Shown here in pieces: positions 41,427 to 52,428 of a DNA stretch of 64,000 nucleotides (positions are counted from its first letter, which is position 1; each line of letters begins with the position of its first letter). The position numbers were made by a program, and so were the translations under genes. Source of the stretch: Candidatus Parcubacteria bacterium (GTDB taxonomy: Bacteria; Patescibacteriota; Minisyncoccia; UBA6257; JAGOQP01); assembly GCA_025999395.1 (NCBI GenBank), contig AP024682.1, positions 301,638-365,637 of the forward strand. Direction: 5' to 3'. The notes under the pieces are model-generated. The model made no database searches, had not been told where the DNA came from, and worked only from the letters and a program-made list of their open reading frames with translations.

Positions 41427-42521
41427 TTATTCTTCTAAAATTTCTTTTTTTCTTTTAAGACGATGATAACTTATAGCAAAACGATGAGCTTCGTCTCTTA
41501 TTTGAAGAAGGACGCTTTTAATATTAAAAGGAATTTCTTTTAAATCCAAGCGATTTCGAGAATAAGGGGAATAAAGAAAGCCTTCGCTTTTTATCCTTTG
41601 GAAAGATCCTTCTTTTTTTGAAAGGTTTAATTTAGCTAAAGCAATGACGGGTATTTCTAGGTTCTTTAGCAAAGCCAATTGTGACTTTCCTCCGTCAATT
41701 ATAATTAAATCAGGGTAAGGCCATTCTTTGTGTTTGAGGCGTCTTTCAATAATTTCTTTGAGAGAAGCGGGATCATTTATTCCCTTCACCCTTTTTATTT
41801 GGAAGCGGCGATAGTATTTTTTAAAGGGTTTTTTGCCAATAAAAGTAACCATTGAACCAACCGTTAATTTTCCTTGAGTATGAGAAACATCAAAACATTC
41901 AAGATGAGGAGAAGGCGAGATCGGCTCATTATAAAGTCTTAAAAAAACCTTTATTCCTTTAATAACTTGAGGATAGGTTTTAGTTTTTTTAAGATGAGCA
42001 TTACAAAACCCTAAGTGGTACTCGAGACACGGAGTTGAGGGTTTATTTTTACAAGTGCGGTAAGGGAAAATTTTTCTTAGGAGTTTTAAAAATTGTTTAA
42101 TTGCTTTGACTTGAGGAAAGGGGCCTTCTAAATCAGCCATTACTTTTTTTGTTTGATGAATTAAAGAAAGACGGGGTAGCTCTTCTTGGCTAAAAGCTAC
42201 ATACAAAAAATCTTTATCGTCTTTTAATTCGATATTGTATTTGGGTTGATATTTTTTTACTAATTTTCTTTCTAAAATTAAAGCTTCTGCCTCAGAATTA
42301 GTTTCTATGAATTCCAAGTCAGCTATTTTTTTGTAATTTATTAAAGTTCCTTGAAGAAAGTTGCTTTTTTGGAAATTTGATTGTCGAAAATGAGAAAGAA
42401 CTCTTTTTTTTAAGTTAGCCGACTTGCCAATATAAATAATTTCCCCTTTTTTATCTTGAAAAAGATAAACTCCGGGATTTTGAGGAAGCTTGTTGATTTT
42501 TTCTTTTAATTCTTTTTTCAT
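41427..42521 (-). CDS. uvrC: Excinuclease ABC subunit C (short form)
   Basis: GIY-YIG (PGVYLF..YIGKS), ECFDVSH, IIDGGKSQ and IRDEAHRFA motifs; no HhH tail. Confidence 0.9.
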   Translation of the reverse strand: MKKELKEKINKLPQNPGVYLFQDKKGEIIYIGKSANLKKRVLSHFRQSNFQKSNFLQGTLINYKKIADLEFIETNSEAEALILERKLVKKYQPKYNIELKDDKDFLYVAFSQEELPRLSLIHQTKKVMADLEGPFPQVKAIKQFLKLLRKIFPYRTCKNKPSTPCLEYHLGFCNAHLKKTKTYPQVIKGIKVFLRLYNEPISPSPHLECFDVSHTQGKLTVGSMVTFIGKKPFKKYYRRFQIKRVKGINDPASLKEIIERRLKHKEWPYPDLIIIDGGKSQLALLKNLEIPVIALAKLNLSKKEGSFQRIKSEGFLYSPYSRNRLDLKEIPFNIKSVLLQIRDEAHRFAISYHRLKRKKEILEE

Positions 42522-42574
42522 ATATACTAACTAAATTATAGAATATTTTAATTGGTTGCTTAATTAAGATTTTT

Positions 42575-45493
42575 ATGAACAAATCATTGGAATCAAAAGA
42601 TTTTATCGAAATCAGAGGGGCGCGGGTTCATAACTTAAAAAATGTTAACCTTCTTTTGCCCAAAAATAAACTTATTGTTATTTGCGGAGTTTCTGGTTCG
42701 GGGAAGTCTTCGTTAGCTTTTGATACTCTTTATGAGGAGGGGCAAAGAAGGTATTTAGAAAGCTTATCTTCTTATGTGCGTCAGTTTTTAGGGGGTTTCA
42801 AAAAGCCGGAGGTGGATAAAATTGTTGGTCTTTCTCCTACTATTGCCATTAATCAGAAAAGCGTCTCTTCTAATCCGCGCTCGACGGTAGGAACAATTAC
42901 CGAAATTTACGATCATTTACGCCTTCTTTTTGCCAGAGTCGGGGTTCCTTATTGTCCTTTTGATAACTTGCCAATCGTTGCTCAAACTCCTCAAGAAATT
43001 GCCCAAAAGATTATCGATTTAGCGAATTTAGGAGAAGTAATTTTGTTGGCACCGGTGATTGTTGGTAAAAAGGGTCAACATCAGGCAGTCTTTGAGGAAA
43101 TAAGAAGAGGGGGCTATCTTCAGGTAAGGGTAGATGGATACTTTTACTCTGTAGACGAAGCCAAAGAGCTTTCTTTAGAAAAAAATAAAAAGCATACTAT
43201 TGAAGTGGTAGTGGGCAGGTTTTTTACCGGTGTTAAAGTAAATATCGAGAAAAATCTCTCGCGTTTAGAAAAAAAGGCCTTAAAAAATAAGAAAAGAAAG
43301 ATTGAAAGTTTAATCAAAGAAGAAAAACTGGAGATTTTAGAAGCAGTTCGTAAAGGTTTAATGATAGGTTCGGGGAATATTGTTGCTTTATTTAAAAATA
43401 AAGAAATTTCTTTTTCAGAAAATTATGCTTGTCAGAAATGCGGTTTTTCTCTTCCCAAAATTGAGCCCCGAACCTTTTCTTTTAATAGTCCTTTTGGGGC
43501 TTGTTCGGCTTGCCAAGGATTAGGGACAAAATTGGAGATTGATTTAAACTTAATTATTAATCCGGAAATTTCACTAGAAGCGGGAGCCATAAAACCTTGG
43601 TTTTTCTTAAGTCGGGTTGCGAAAAGAGCTTTAGGGGTCAATTGGCAGCGTTTTGTTACTTTAAATATTTTAGAAGATTTAGGAATTTCTCCGCGAACAC
43701 CTTTTGGAAAACTTCCTTTAGAAGTTCAGCAGAAGATTCTTTATGGTGATAAAAATAACTACATCTACTTAAAAGATGGTGATTGGGAGGGAAAAACTTT
43801 GTTTGAAGGAATTATTCCTCGTTTGGAGCGGCTGTATTATGAAACCGATTCCGATTTTATTCGCAGCGAGCTTTCCAAATATATGACCGAAAAAGTATGC
43901 ACTGTTTGTGAGGGTTCGCGTTTAAGAAAAGAGGCTTTAGCGGTAAAAATAGCCTCTCAGAATATTTTTCAAATTTCTTTGATGCCAATCTCTGACTTAA
44001 TTAAGTTTTTTGAAAATAAAGTTTATCAAGGAATGTCGGAAAGCCAAAAAGAAGTTGCTGAACCAATTGTGAAGGAAATTTTAAGTAAGGCTAATTTTTT
44101 AAAAGATGTTGGACTTGAATATATTAATTTAGCTCGTTCAGCCAGCAGTTTATCAGTAGGAGAAAATCAAAGGATTCGTTTGGCTACTCAATTGGGTTCC
44201 GGACTTTCGGGAGTAATTTATGTCTTGGATGAACCTACGATTGGACTTCATGCTCGAGACACAGAAAGATTAATAAAAACTCTTAAGGAATTAAGAGATC
44301 TCCAAAATACCGTGATTGTGGTTGAACATGATCAAAAAGTAATTGAAAACGCGGATTGGGTAGTGGAAATTGGTCCGGAAGCTGGAGAAAACGGAGGAAG
44401 AATTGTTTTTCAGGGAACTCCTCTTCAGTTAAAAAAATCAAAAACTTTAACCGGAGTTTACTTTTCAGGTAAGAAAAAAGTTAGTTCTAACCTTACTAAA
44501 GTCTCTCATGCCTCGGGGGTAATAAAACTTTGGGGAGCTTCTCAATTTAATTTAAAAAATGTGAATCTGAAAGTTCCTTTGGGAAAGTTTGTTTGTGTTG
44601 CCGGAGTTTCGGGTTCGGGAAAAAGTACTTTAGTTTTAGAAGTTTTAGCCAAAGCTTTAGAAAAAGAAGTTTTAAAGGCAAATATTTCTGTTTCTAATTA
44701 TCGAAAATTGGAGATTGAAGGAAAATTAGATAAAGTTATTGTAGTTGATCAAAGTCCAATCGGAAGAACCCCGCGCTCGAATCCGGCTACTTACACCGGT
44801 ATCTTTACTCCGATTCGTCAATTTTTTGCTCGCTTACAGGAATCTCAAATTAGAGGTTACAGCCCCTCTTACTTTAGTTTTAATGTGAAGCCGGGAAGAT
44901 GCGAAGCTTGTAAAGGAGAAGGCTTTAAAAAAGTAGAAATGTATTTTTTGCCGGATATGTATGTGGAATGCGAAGTTTGTAAAGGGACTAGATTTTCTCC
45001 CGAGGTCTTGGAGGTTAAGTTTAAAGATAAAAATATTGCTGAAGTTTTAAATTTGAGTATTAAAGAAGCCTTAGATTTTTTTGCTCATTTTCCCCCAATC
45101 GCTGATAAATTAAGAGTTCTGGATGAAATTGGTTTAGGTTATATGAAATTAGGTCAGCCGGCTACTACTTTATCGGGGGGAGAGGCTCAAAGAGTTAAGC
45201 TTTCTCAAGAATTAGCCAGAAGAGATACGGGAAAAACTCTTTACATTCTTGATGAGCCAACGGTTGGCCTTCATTTTGAAGATGTAAGAAAACTTCTCTA
45301 TCTTTTGCGTTCTTTGGTTTTAAAAGGCAACACCGTTTTAGTTATCGAACATAATCTTGATGTTTTAAAAGAAGCTGACTGGATCATAGAACTAGGGCCA
45401 GAGGGAGGGGAAAGAGGGGGAAAAATTATTTTTGAAGGGACACCCGAGGAAATGAAAAAGAAAAAAACCGTGACCGGACGATTTTTGCAATAA
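42575..45493 (+). CDS. uvrA: Excinuclease ABC subunit A
   Basis: Two GVSGSGKS Walker A motifs, zinc fingers, LSGGEAQR. Confidence 0.98.
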   Translation: MNKSLESKDFIEIRGARVHNLKNVNLLLPKNKLIVICGVSGSGKSSLAFDTLYEEGQRRYLESLSSYVRQFLGGFKKPEVDKIVGLSPTIAINQKSVSSNPRSTVGTITEIYDHLRLLFARVGVPYCPFDNLPIVAQTPQEIAQKIIDLANLGEVILLAPVIVGKKGQHQAVFEEIRRGGYLQVRVDGYFYSVDEAKELSLEKNKKHTIEVVVGRFFTGVKVNIEKNLSRLEKKALKNKKRKIESLIKEEKLEILEAVRKGLMIGSGNIVALFKNKEISFSENYACQKCGFSLPKIEPRTFSFNSPFGACSACQGLGTKLEIDLNLIINPEISLEAGAIKPWFFLSRVAKRALGVNWQRFVTLNILEDLGISPRTPFGKLPLEVQQKILYGDKNNYIYLKDGDWEGKTLFEGIIPRLERLYYETDSDFIRSELSKYMTEKVCTVCEGSRLRKEALAVKIASQNIFQISLMPISDLIKFFENKVYQGMSESQKEVAEPIVKEILSKANFLKDVGLEYINLARSASSLSVGENQRIRLATQLGSGLSGVIYVLDEPTIGLHARDTERLIKTLKELRDLQNTVIVVEHDQKVIENADWVVEIGPEAGENGGRIVFQGTPLQLKKSKTLTGVYFSGKKKVSSNLTKVSHASGVIKLWGASQFNLKNVNLKVPLGKFVCVAGVSGSGKSTLVLEVLAKALEKEVLKANISVSNYRKLEIEGKLDKVIVVDQSPIGRTPRSNPATYTGIFTPIRQFFARLQESQIRGYSPSYFSFNVKPGRCEACKGEGFKKVEMYFLPDMYVECEVCKGTRFSPEVLEVKFKDKNIAEVLNLSIKEALDFFAHFPPIADKLRVLDEIGLGYMKLGQPATTLSGGEAQRVKLSQELARRDTGKTLYILDEPTVGLHFEDVRKLLYLLRSLVLKGNTVLVIEHNLDVLKEADWIIELGPEGGERGGKIIFEGTPEEMKKKKTVTGRFLQ

Positions 45494-45497
45494 TTTT

Positions 45498-46202
45498 TTA
45501 GCGAGTGTGATGAAAGACATCGATAATTAGTCTTTCATCGGGTTTAATTTCTTCTTTGATGCTTTTAATAATAACCTCAGCCACCTCTTCGGCTGAATGA
45601 AAAGCCTTTCTTTCTCCAAAGAGCTTTCTAAACATTTGAGTATCGGTGGAGCCTGGGGTAATAGTAAAAACTTTGATTCCATAGTCAGAAAGTTCTTGAC
45701 TAAGAGATTGAGAGAAATTAATCAACGCAGCTTTAGTGAGAGAATAAAGAGAAAGTTCTCCAATACCCAAAACTCCTGCACCGGAAGCAATATTGATAAT
45801 CATTCCTCCCTTCGGATTAGCAGTCATTTCTTTTAGCACTTCTTTAGTAACTGTTAAAGTTCCTTTAATATTAACATCGATAAGAAAATCCCAATCTTTT
45901 TTAGTGGTTTGAATGAATTTTTTTCTTTGAGCAACGGCAGCGTTATTAATAAGAACATCTATTCTTTGAAATTTAGAGAGGGTAGCTGAAACCGCCTTGG
46001 CTACTTCTTGAGCTTTACAAATGTCACCTTTGATAATTAGGGCGTTTTCGTTGGCGGCAATCTTTTTTATTTCTTCATCTTTAGGAATTTCTAAGGAATA
46101 GATGGTAACTTTAGCTCCTTCTAAAAGAAGTTTTTTAGCAGTAGCAAGACCAATTCCCGAAGAGCCGCCAGTGAGAAAGACTACTTTGTTTTTTAAGTTC
46201 AT
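45498..46202 (-). CDS. SDR oxidoreductase
   Basis: TGGSSGIG, NNA and YSLTK motifs. Confidence 0.93.
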   Translation of the reverse strand: MNLKNKVVFLTGGSSGIGLATAKKLLLEGAKVTIYSLEIPKDEEIKKIAANENALIIKGDICKAQEVAKAVSATLSKFQRIDVLINNAAVAQRKKFIQTTKKDWDFLIDVNIKGTLTVTKEVLKEMTANPKGGMIINIASGAGVLGIGELSLYSLTKAALINFSQSLSQELSDYGIKVFTITPGSTDTQMFRKLFGERKAFHSAEEVAEVIIKSIKEEIKPDERLIIDVFHHTR

Positions 46203-46283
46203 ATCATCAAAGGATCAGGTTTTTGTAGCCAAGGACACTTAAATATAGTATAATGAAAAAAATAAAAAATTAAAGTTCCTAAA

Positions 46284-47324
46284 ATGAATTCTTGGATTTT
46301 CTTTGTTTTTCTTATTTTACAAGCTATTTTTTTAGTGGCTTTTTATTTTCTTTTCAAAAAAAGTTTTAAAAAGGAGGAAAATAACGCGCCTCTTTTAATG
46401 CTTCAAAATCAAATCAACGAGCTTTCAAAGATTATTGATTTAAAATTAGGTGAATCCTATAAAGCAGTTCAACATCAGTTTTCTGAAAGCGCTAAAATTA
46501 TTCGAGATGTTACCGAACGCTTAACCCGATTGGATGAAACTAATAAGCAGGTAATTAGTATTACTGATCAGCTGAAAAGTTTACAGGATATTTTAAAAAA
46601 TCCTAAACAACGAGGAGTGTTGGGGGAGTATTATTTAGAAACAGTTCTAAAAAATGTCTTGCCTCCTCATGTTTATCAAATGCAGTATGAGTTTGCTAAT
46701 GGAGACACAGTGGATGCAGTGGTTTTTGTTAAAGACAAAATTATTCCCATCGATTCCAAGTTTAGTTTGGAAAATTATAACCGTGCTCTGGAGGCTCAAT
46801 CGGAAGAAGAGCGGAAGAGATATGAGAATGCTTTTTCTCAAGATTTAAAAAATCGAATTGATGAAACCGCCAAGTATGTTCGCCCTGAAGAAGGAACGAT
46901 GGATTTTGCTTTTATGTTTATTCCTTCAGAGGCAGTTTTCTATGACTTATTAATTAACAAAGTTGGGGTAATTCAATCCAATACTCGGGATTTAATTAGT
47001 TACGCCGCTGCTGAAAAGAAAGTTATTATTGTTTCTCCCACTACCTTTTTGGCTTATCTTCAAACGGTTTTACAAGGATTAAGAGCTTTACAAATAGAAG
47101 AATCAGCTAAAGAAATAAAAAAAAGAGTGATTGATTTAGGAAAACATCTTCTGAATTACGAAAATTATTTTCGTAAGATTGGTAATCACTTAGCAACAAC
47201 GGTAAATGCTTATAATTCAGCCTATAAAGAATTGGGAAAAATAGATAAGGATATTGTAAAAATTTCGGGTAAATCTCCTGAAATTGAAGTAGAAGAAATA
47301 GAAGGACCAAGGCTCGAGGATTAA
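46284..47324 (+). CDS. rmuC: DNA recombination protein RmuC
   Basis: RGVLGEY.LE, PIDSKF, MFIPSE and SPTT motifs. Confidence 0.92.
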   Translation: MNSWIFFVFLILQAIFLVAFYFLFKKSFKKEENNAPLLMLQNQINELSKIIDLKLGESYKAVQHQFSESAKIIRDVTERLTRLDETNKQVISITDQLKSLQDILKNPKQRGVLGEYYLETVLKNVLPPHVYQMQYEFANGDTVDAVVFVKDKIIPIDSKFSLENYNRALEAQSEEERKRYENAFSQDLKNRIDETAKYVRPEEGTMDFAFMFIPSEAVFYDLLINKVGVIQSNTRDLISYAAAEKKVIIVSPTTFLAYLQTVLQGLRALQIEESAKEIKKRVIDLGKHLLNYENYFRKIGNHLATTVNAYNSAYKELGKIDKDIVKISGKSPEIEVEEIEGPRLED

Positions 47325-47411
47325 GAAAAAAAAGATTAATTGAAGTTTTTTGTCAAGTATTTTTACGATCGTCAAATCCTTGACAAAGAAAAGCAAATTT
47401 AATATTTCTTC

Positions 47412-47439
47412 TTGACAGAAGCTTTTCTTTAAATAGAAT
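47412..47439 (+). promoter_or_regulatory. Sigma70-like promoter for groES-groEL
   Basis: TTGACA-N16-TAGAAT; no CIRCE seen. Confidence 0.45.
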
Positions 47440-47533
47440 TCTTTTAAGAAAAAATAAGAGAAAAGGAAAATGGTCGATTTTCCATTTTTTTTGTGATTCT
47501 GAAAATTTAGAAGTAATCTTTTATCAAAGAACT

Positions 47534-47824
47534 ATGAATCTAAAACCACTTTCTAATCATATTGTCATTCAACCTTTAGAGGAAGAAAAAATTACTAAAG
47601 CCGGAATAGTTCTTCCGGAAAGCGCAGAAGAAAAACCTTTCAAAGGTAAAATTGTTGCTGTTGGTCCGGGAAAAAAGAACGAAAAAGGAGAATTAATTCC
47701 TCTCTCAGTTAAGGTAGGGGATCTGGTGCTTTTTAAGAAATATGGTCCTGATGAAATAGAGATCGATGGACAAAAGTATCTGATCGGAGACGAAGATGAT
47801 GTTTTAGCAATTATAGAGGAATAA
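47534..47824 (+). CDS. groES: Co-chaperonin GroES
   Basis: LKPL, GIVLP, AVGPG and VKVGD motifs. Confidence 0.97.
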   Translation: MNLKPLSNHIVIQPLEEEKITKAGIVLPESAEEKPFKGKIVAVGPGKKNEKGELIPLSVKVGDLVLFKKYGPDEIEIDGQKYLIGDEDDVLAIIEE

Positions 47825-49519
<1,695 letters not shown>

Positions 49520-49549
49520 GCCTTTAATTTATTAGTGGAAAAAATTGAG

Positions 49550-49580
49550 ACGACCTGCTATAATAAAGCAGGTCGTTTTT
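49550..49580 (+). terminator. Intrinsic terminator after groEL
   Basis: ACGACCTGCT...AGCAGGTCGT followed by a T-run. Confidence 0.65.
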
Positions 49581-49616
49581 GTATGGTTTTTTTAAAATTA
49601 ATTAATTTTTAGGAAT

Positions 49617-50183
49617 ATGAATATTTTGGGTTTTCTGAGTTCAAATTTTATCTGGATTATTTTGGTTTTGGTGGTTGGCTGGCTGATTTTAACTTATAAC
49701 TCTTTGGTGAGAACCAGAAATCGGGTAAGAGAGGGGTGGTCGGATATTGAGGTTCAGCTTAAAAGAAGACATGATTTGATCCCTAATCTGGTAAATACAG
49801 TTAAGGGCTATATGGCTCATGAAAGAACTGTTTTTGAAAATGTAACTCAAGCTCGAGCCAGAGCGTTAGGAGCGCAAAATAAACAAGAGAGAGCAGAAGC
49901 AGAAGGAGAGCTTTCTAATACTTTGAAAACTCTTTTTGCAGTTGCTGAAAACTATCCCGAACTTAAAGCCAACGCCAATTTCTTAGATCTTCAAAGAGAA
50001 ATTGCTGATACCGAAAACAAGATTCAAGCCGCTCGTCGTTTTTACAACAGTATGGTTTTGGAGCTTAACACTAAAATTCAAGTTTTTCCCACTAACTTAA
50101 TTGCTCGGCTTTTAGGATTTAAGGAAGAAGAATTCTTTAAAGCGGAAGAAGAGGAAAAAGAAAATGTAAAAGTTGAGTTTTAA
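49617..50183 (+). CDS. lemA: LemA family protein
   Basis: [27 protein letters not shown] and ARRFYN motifs. Confidence 0.95.
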   Translation: MNILGFLSSNFIWIILVLVVGWLILTYNSLVRTRNRVREGWSDIEVQLKRRHDLIPNLVNTVKGYMAHERTVFENVTQARARALGAQNKQERAEAEGELSNTLKTLFAVAENYPELKANANFLDLQREIADTENKIQAARRFYNSMVLELNTKIQVFPTNLIARLLGFKEEEFFKAEEEEKENVKVEF

Positions 50184-50204
50184 TTTTTTAATTATCCTTT
50201 TACT

Positions 50205-50498
50205 ATGAATACTAGCCTTAACAATTTCTTGACTTTGTTAGAGCAAAATACTTTGCTGTTCTATCTTTTTTTGGCTTGGAGTCTTTTTTGGAAAGGAATT
50301 GCGTTATGGAAAGCCGCCCGCAATAATCATCGCTACTGGTTTTTGGCTTTGCTGATTTTGAATTTTGGAGGGGTTTTGGAGATTCTTTATGTTTTTGTTT
50401 TCAGTAAAGGAAAAAAGGAGGATCAGCAAAAAGTTAGTCAAGAGGTAGAGCACTCGGAAGAAAAATCAGAAGAGAAAGACGATTCTTCGTCTCAGTAA
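50205..50498 (+). CDS. Small membrane protein (DUF5652-like)
   Basis: WSLFWKGIALWKAARN...WF...GVLEILY. Confidence 0.75.
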   Translation: MNTSLNNFLTLLEQNTLLFYLFLAWSLFWKGIALWKAARNNHRYWFLALLILNFGGVLEILYVFVFSKGKKEDQQKVSQEVEHSEEKSEEKDDSSSQ

Positions 50499-50549
50499 GG
50501 AGAAAATTAAAAGAAAAGTTAAAATTAACTCGCCTTCGAATTAGTTCTT

Positions 50550-51446
50550 ATGACTAACAATCTTTATAGTTTTCGAGACGCTAACATTAGAAAGACTTGG
50601 CTGATTTTTTCTTTGTTTTTGTTAGTCATTATTGGATTGGGATGGTTTTTTTCTTATTTCTACAACGATCCTCAAATCCTTTACTTTGCGGTAGCTTTTA
50701 GTCTTTTTTTCAATCTTTTAGCTTACTGGAAATCTGATAAGGTAGCCTTAGCGATTGCGAAAGCAAAAGAAGCGGATAAAAATAATTTTTTAGAAATTTA
50801 CAGAATTGTTGAAAATCTTTCTATCACCGCTGGAATTCCAACCCCTAAAATTTATATTATCGAAGATCCTTCACCGAATGCTTTTGCTACCGGTAGAAAT
50901 CCTCAAAATGCTGCTATTGCTTTAACTACCGGATTAATTGAAAGATTAAACCGGAGCGAAATTGAAGGAGTGGTGGCTCATGAGCTTTCTCATATTAGAA
51001 ACTACGATATTTTACTTTCAACGGTTGTGGTAGTGTTGGTGGGTATTATTTCTTTACTGGCAGACTTTTTTATTAGGCTTACTTGGTTTAGGAAAAACGA
51101 TGATAGGGAAAGAAATCCTCTTCTTATGATGATAGGATTAATTTTTGCTATATTAGCTCCTTTAATTGGCACCCTTATTCAGTTGGCTATTTCTCGGAAG
51201 CGAGAATTTTTAGCAGATGCCTCGGGCGCTCTTTTAACTCGTTACCCGGAAGGATTAGCTAGCGCCTTGGAAAAAATTGCTTCTGCTCCTCCTTTGCGAA
51301 GAGCTTATAACGCGACTGCTCATCTTTTTATTGCCAATCCTTTTAAAGCAGATGCAGAAAAGAAAGAAAAAATTCCTTTGCTGGTAAGATTGTTTTCTAC
51401 TCATCCTCCTATTCAGGAAAGGATAAGAATACTAAGAGAAATGTAA
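50550..51446 (+). CDS. htpX: Zn metalloprotease HtpX (M48)
   Basis: PNAFATG, AHELSH, SRKREFLAD and STHPP motifs. Confidence 0.93.
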   Translation: MTNNLYSFRDANIRKTWLIFSLFLLVIIGLGWFFSYFYNDPQILYFAVAFSLFFNLLAYWKSDKVALAIAKAKEADKNNFLEIYRIVENLSITAGIPTPKIYIIEDPSPNAFATGRNPQNAAIALTTGLIERLNRSEIEGVVAHELSHIRNYDILLSTVVVVLVGIISLLADFFIRLTWFRKNDDRERNPLLMMIGLIFAILAPLIGTLIQLAISRKREFLADASGALLTRYPEGLASALEKIASAPPLRRAYNATAHLFIANPFKADAEKKEKIPLLVRLFSTHPPIQERIRILREM

Positions 51447-51471
51447 AAAAAAATTAAAGGTTTTTAAAATA

Positions 51472-51500
51472 AAAAACCCATCGAAAAAAGATGGGTTTTT
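51472..51500. terminator. Bidirectional intrinsic terminator
   Basis: AAAAACCCATC...GATGGGTTTTT between convergent genes. Confidence 0.7.
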
Positions 51501-51527
51501 GTTTTTGTGGGGAAACTTTATTTTCTA

Positions 51528-51923
51528 TTATATTTTGAGATTGTTTTCTACAAATTTTCCAATAATGGGCAAGGGCTTTTCCTCTCCTTTAAGAGCGTGA
51601 ATAACACCGATAATCCAAATGACGAAAAGGATTAATTGAAGAGGAAAGAAAAGTAGCCAACCAATGATAGGAACAAAAGTCCCAAAAACGCTAACCAAAA
51701 TAGCGGCGATTAGAAATCCTAACCCCTGTCTTACATGATATCTGACAAAAGGATCATTTTTGTCTTCGGTAAGGAGGGGGACAAAAAAGAGTAGGTAGGC
51801 CACTACTGCCATTAGCTTATTTTTTTCTTCTTTTTTCTGAGATTCTGGGGGTTGATTTTCTTTTTCGGTTGCTTCTGCCTTTAACTCTTCTTGGTGTTGG
51901 TGATTATGTTCTTTGTGATTCAT
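51528..51923 (-). CDS. DUF4870-like membrane protein
   Basis: AYLLFFVPLL, FVRYHVRQG and KPLPIIG motifs. Confidence 0.8.
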   Translation of the reverse strand: MNHKEHNHQHQEELKAEATEKENQPPESQKKEEKNKLMAVVAYLLFFVPLLTEDKNDPFVRYHVRQGLGFLIAAILVSVFGTFVPIIGWLLFFPLQLILFVIWIIGVIHALKGEEKPLPIIGKFVENNLKI

Positions 51924-52024
51924 ATTTTTAATTTTATCTTTTAATTTCGACTTTTATTTGAATATTTTGACTTTATTGAGTATAATCTTTTTGATTTTTT
52001 TTTACAATAGAGAGCGGCTGTTTT

Positions 52025-52075
52025 GGAGAGTTCTCATGGTGGTCTAGCCCCGAAGGGGACCCTTCGGGTTGCGCG
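52025..52075 (+). pseudogene. Degenerate 5' fragment of tRNA-Ser with a 22-nt double-hairpin insertion
   Basis: GGAGAGTTCTCATGGTGGTCTAG[CCCCGAAGGGGACCCTTCGGGT]TGCGCG versus tRNA GGAGGGTTCGCATAGTGGTCTAG-TGCGCG. Confidence 0.65.
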
Positions 52076-52087
52076 TTATTGTGAAGA

Positions 52088-52361
52088 ATGAGGTATTTTC
52101 GTTTATTTTCTTAAAAGTGAAAGTACTGGAAGATTTTACATAGGATGTACGCGGGATATTGATAAAAGATTGAGATATCATAATAGTGGTAAAAATAAAT
52201 CAACCAAACCATACAGGCCTTGGAAGTTAATCTACTTTGAGAGTTATGATAGTATAAAAGATGCTTATAGGAGAGAGTGGTATTTAAAACATTCTAAGGG
52301 GTATTTAGAAAAAAAGGTTTATAATAAAAAAATATGGAGGAGGGTTCGCATAGTGGTCTAG
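52088..52361 (+). CDS. GIY-YIG nuclease (small UPF0213-like), frameshift near the start
   Basis: MRY joins FVYFLKSESTGRFYIGCTRDIDKRLRYHNSG..STKPYRPWKLIYFE..AYRREWYLK after removing one T. Confidence 0.82.
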
Positions 52362-52428
52362 TGCGCGGCTCTGGAGAAGCCGTAGGTCCGAAAGGGCCTC
52401 GTGGGTTCGAATCCCACCCCCTCCGCCA
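52339..52428 (+). tRNA. tRNA-Ser(GGA), integration target
   Basis: CGGCT-CTGGAGA-AGCCG anticodon arm, long variable arm, GGTTCGAATCC, encoded CCA. Confidence 0.93.

Noticed and set aside
47330-47533. CIRCE upstream of groES
   Set aside because: No TTAGCACTC-N9-GAGTGCTAA is present.
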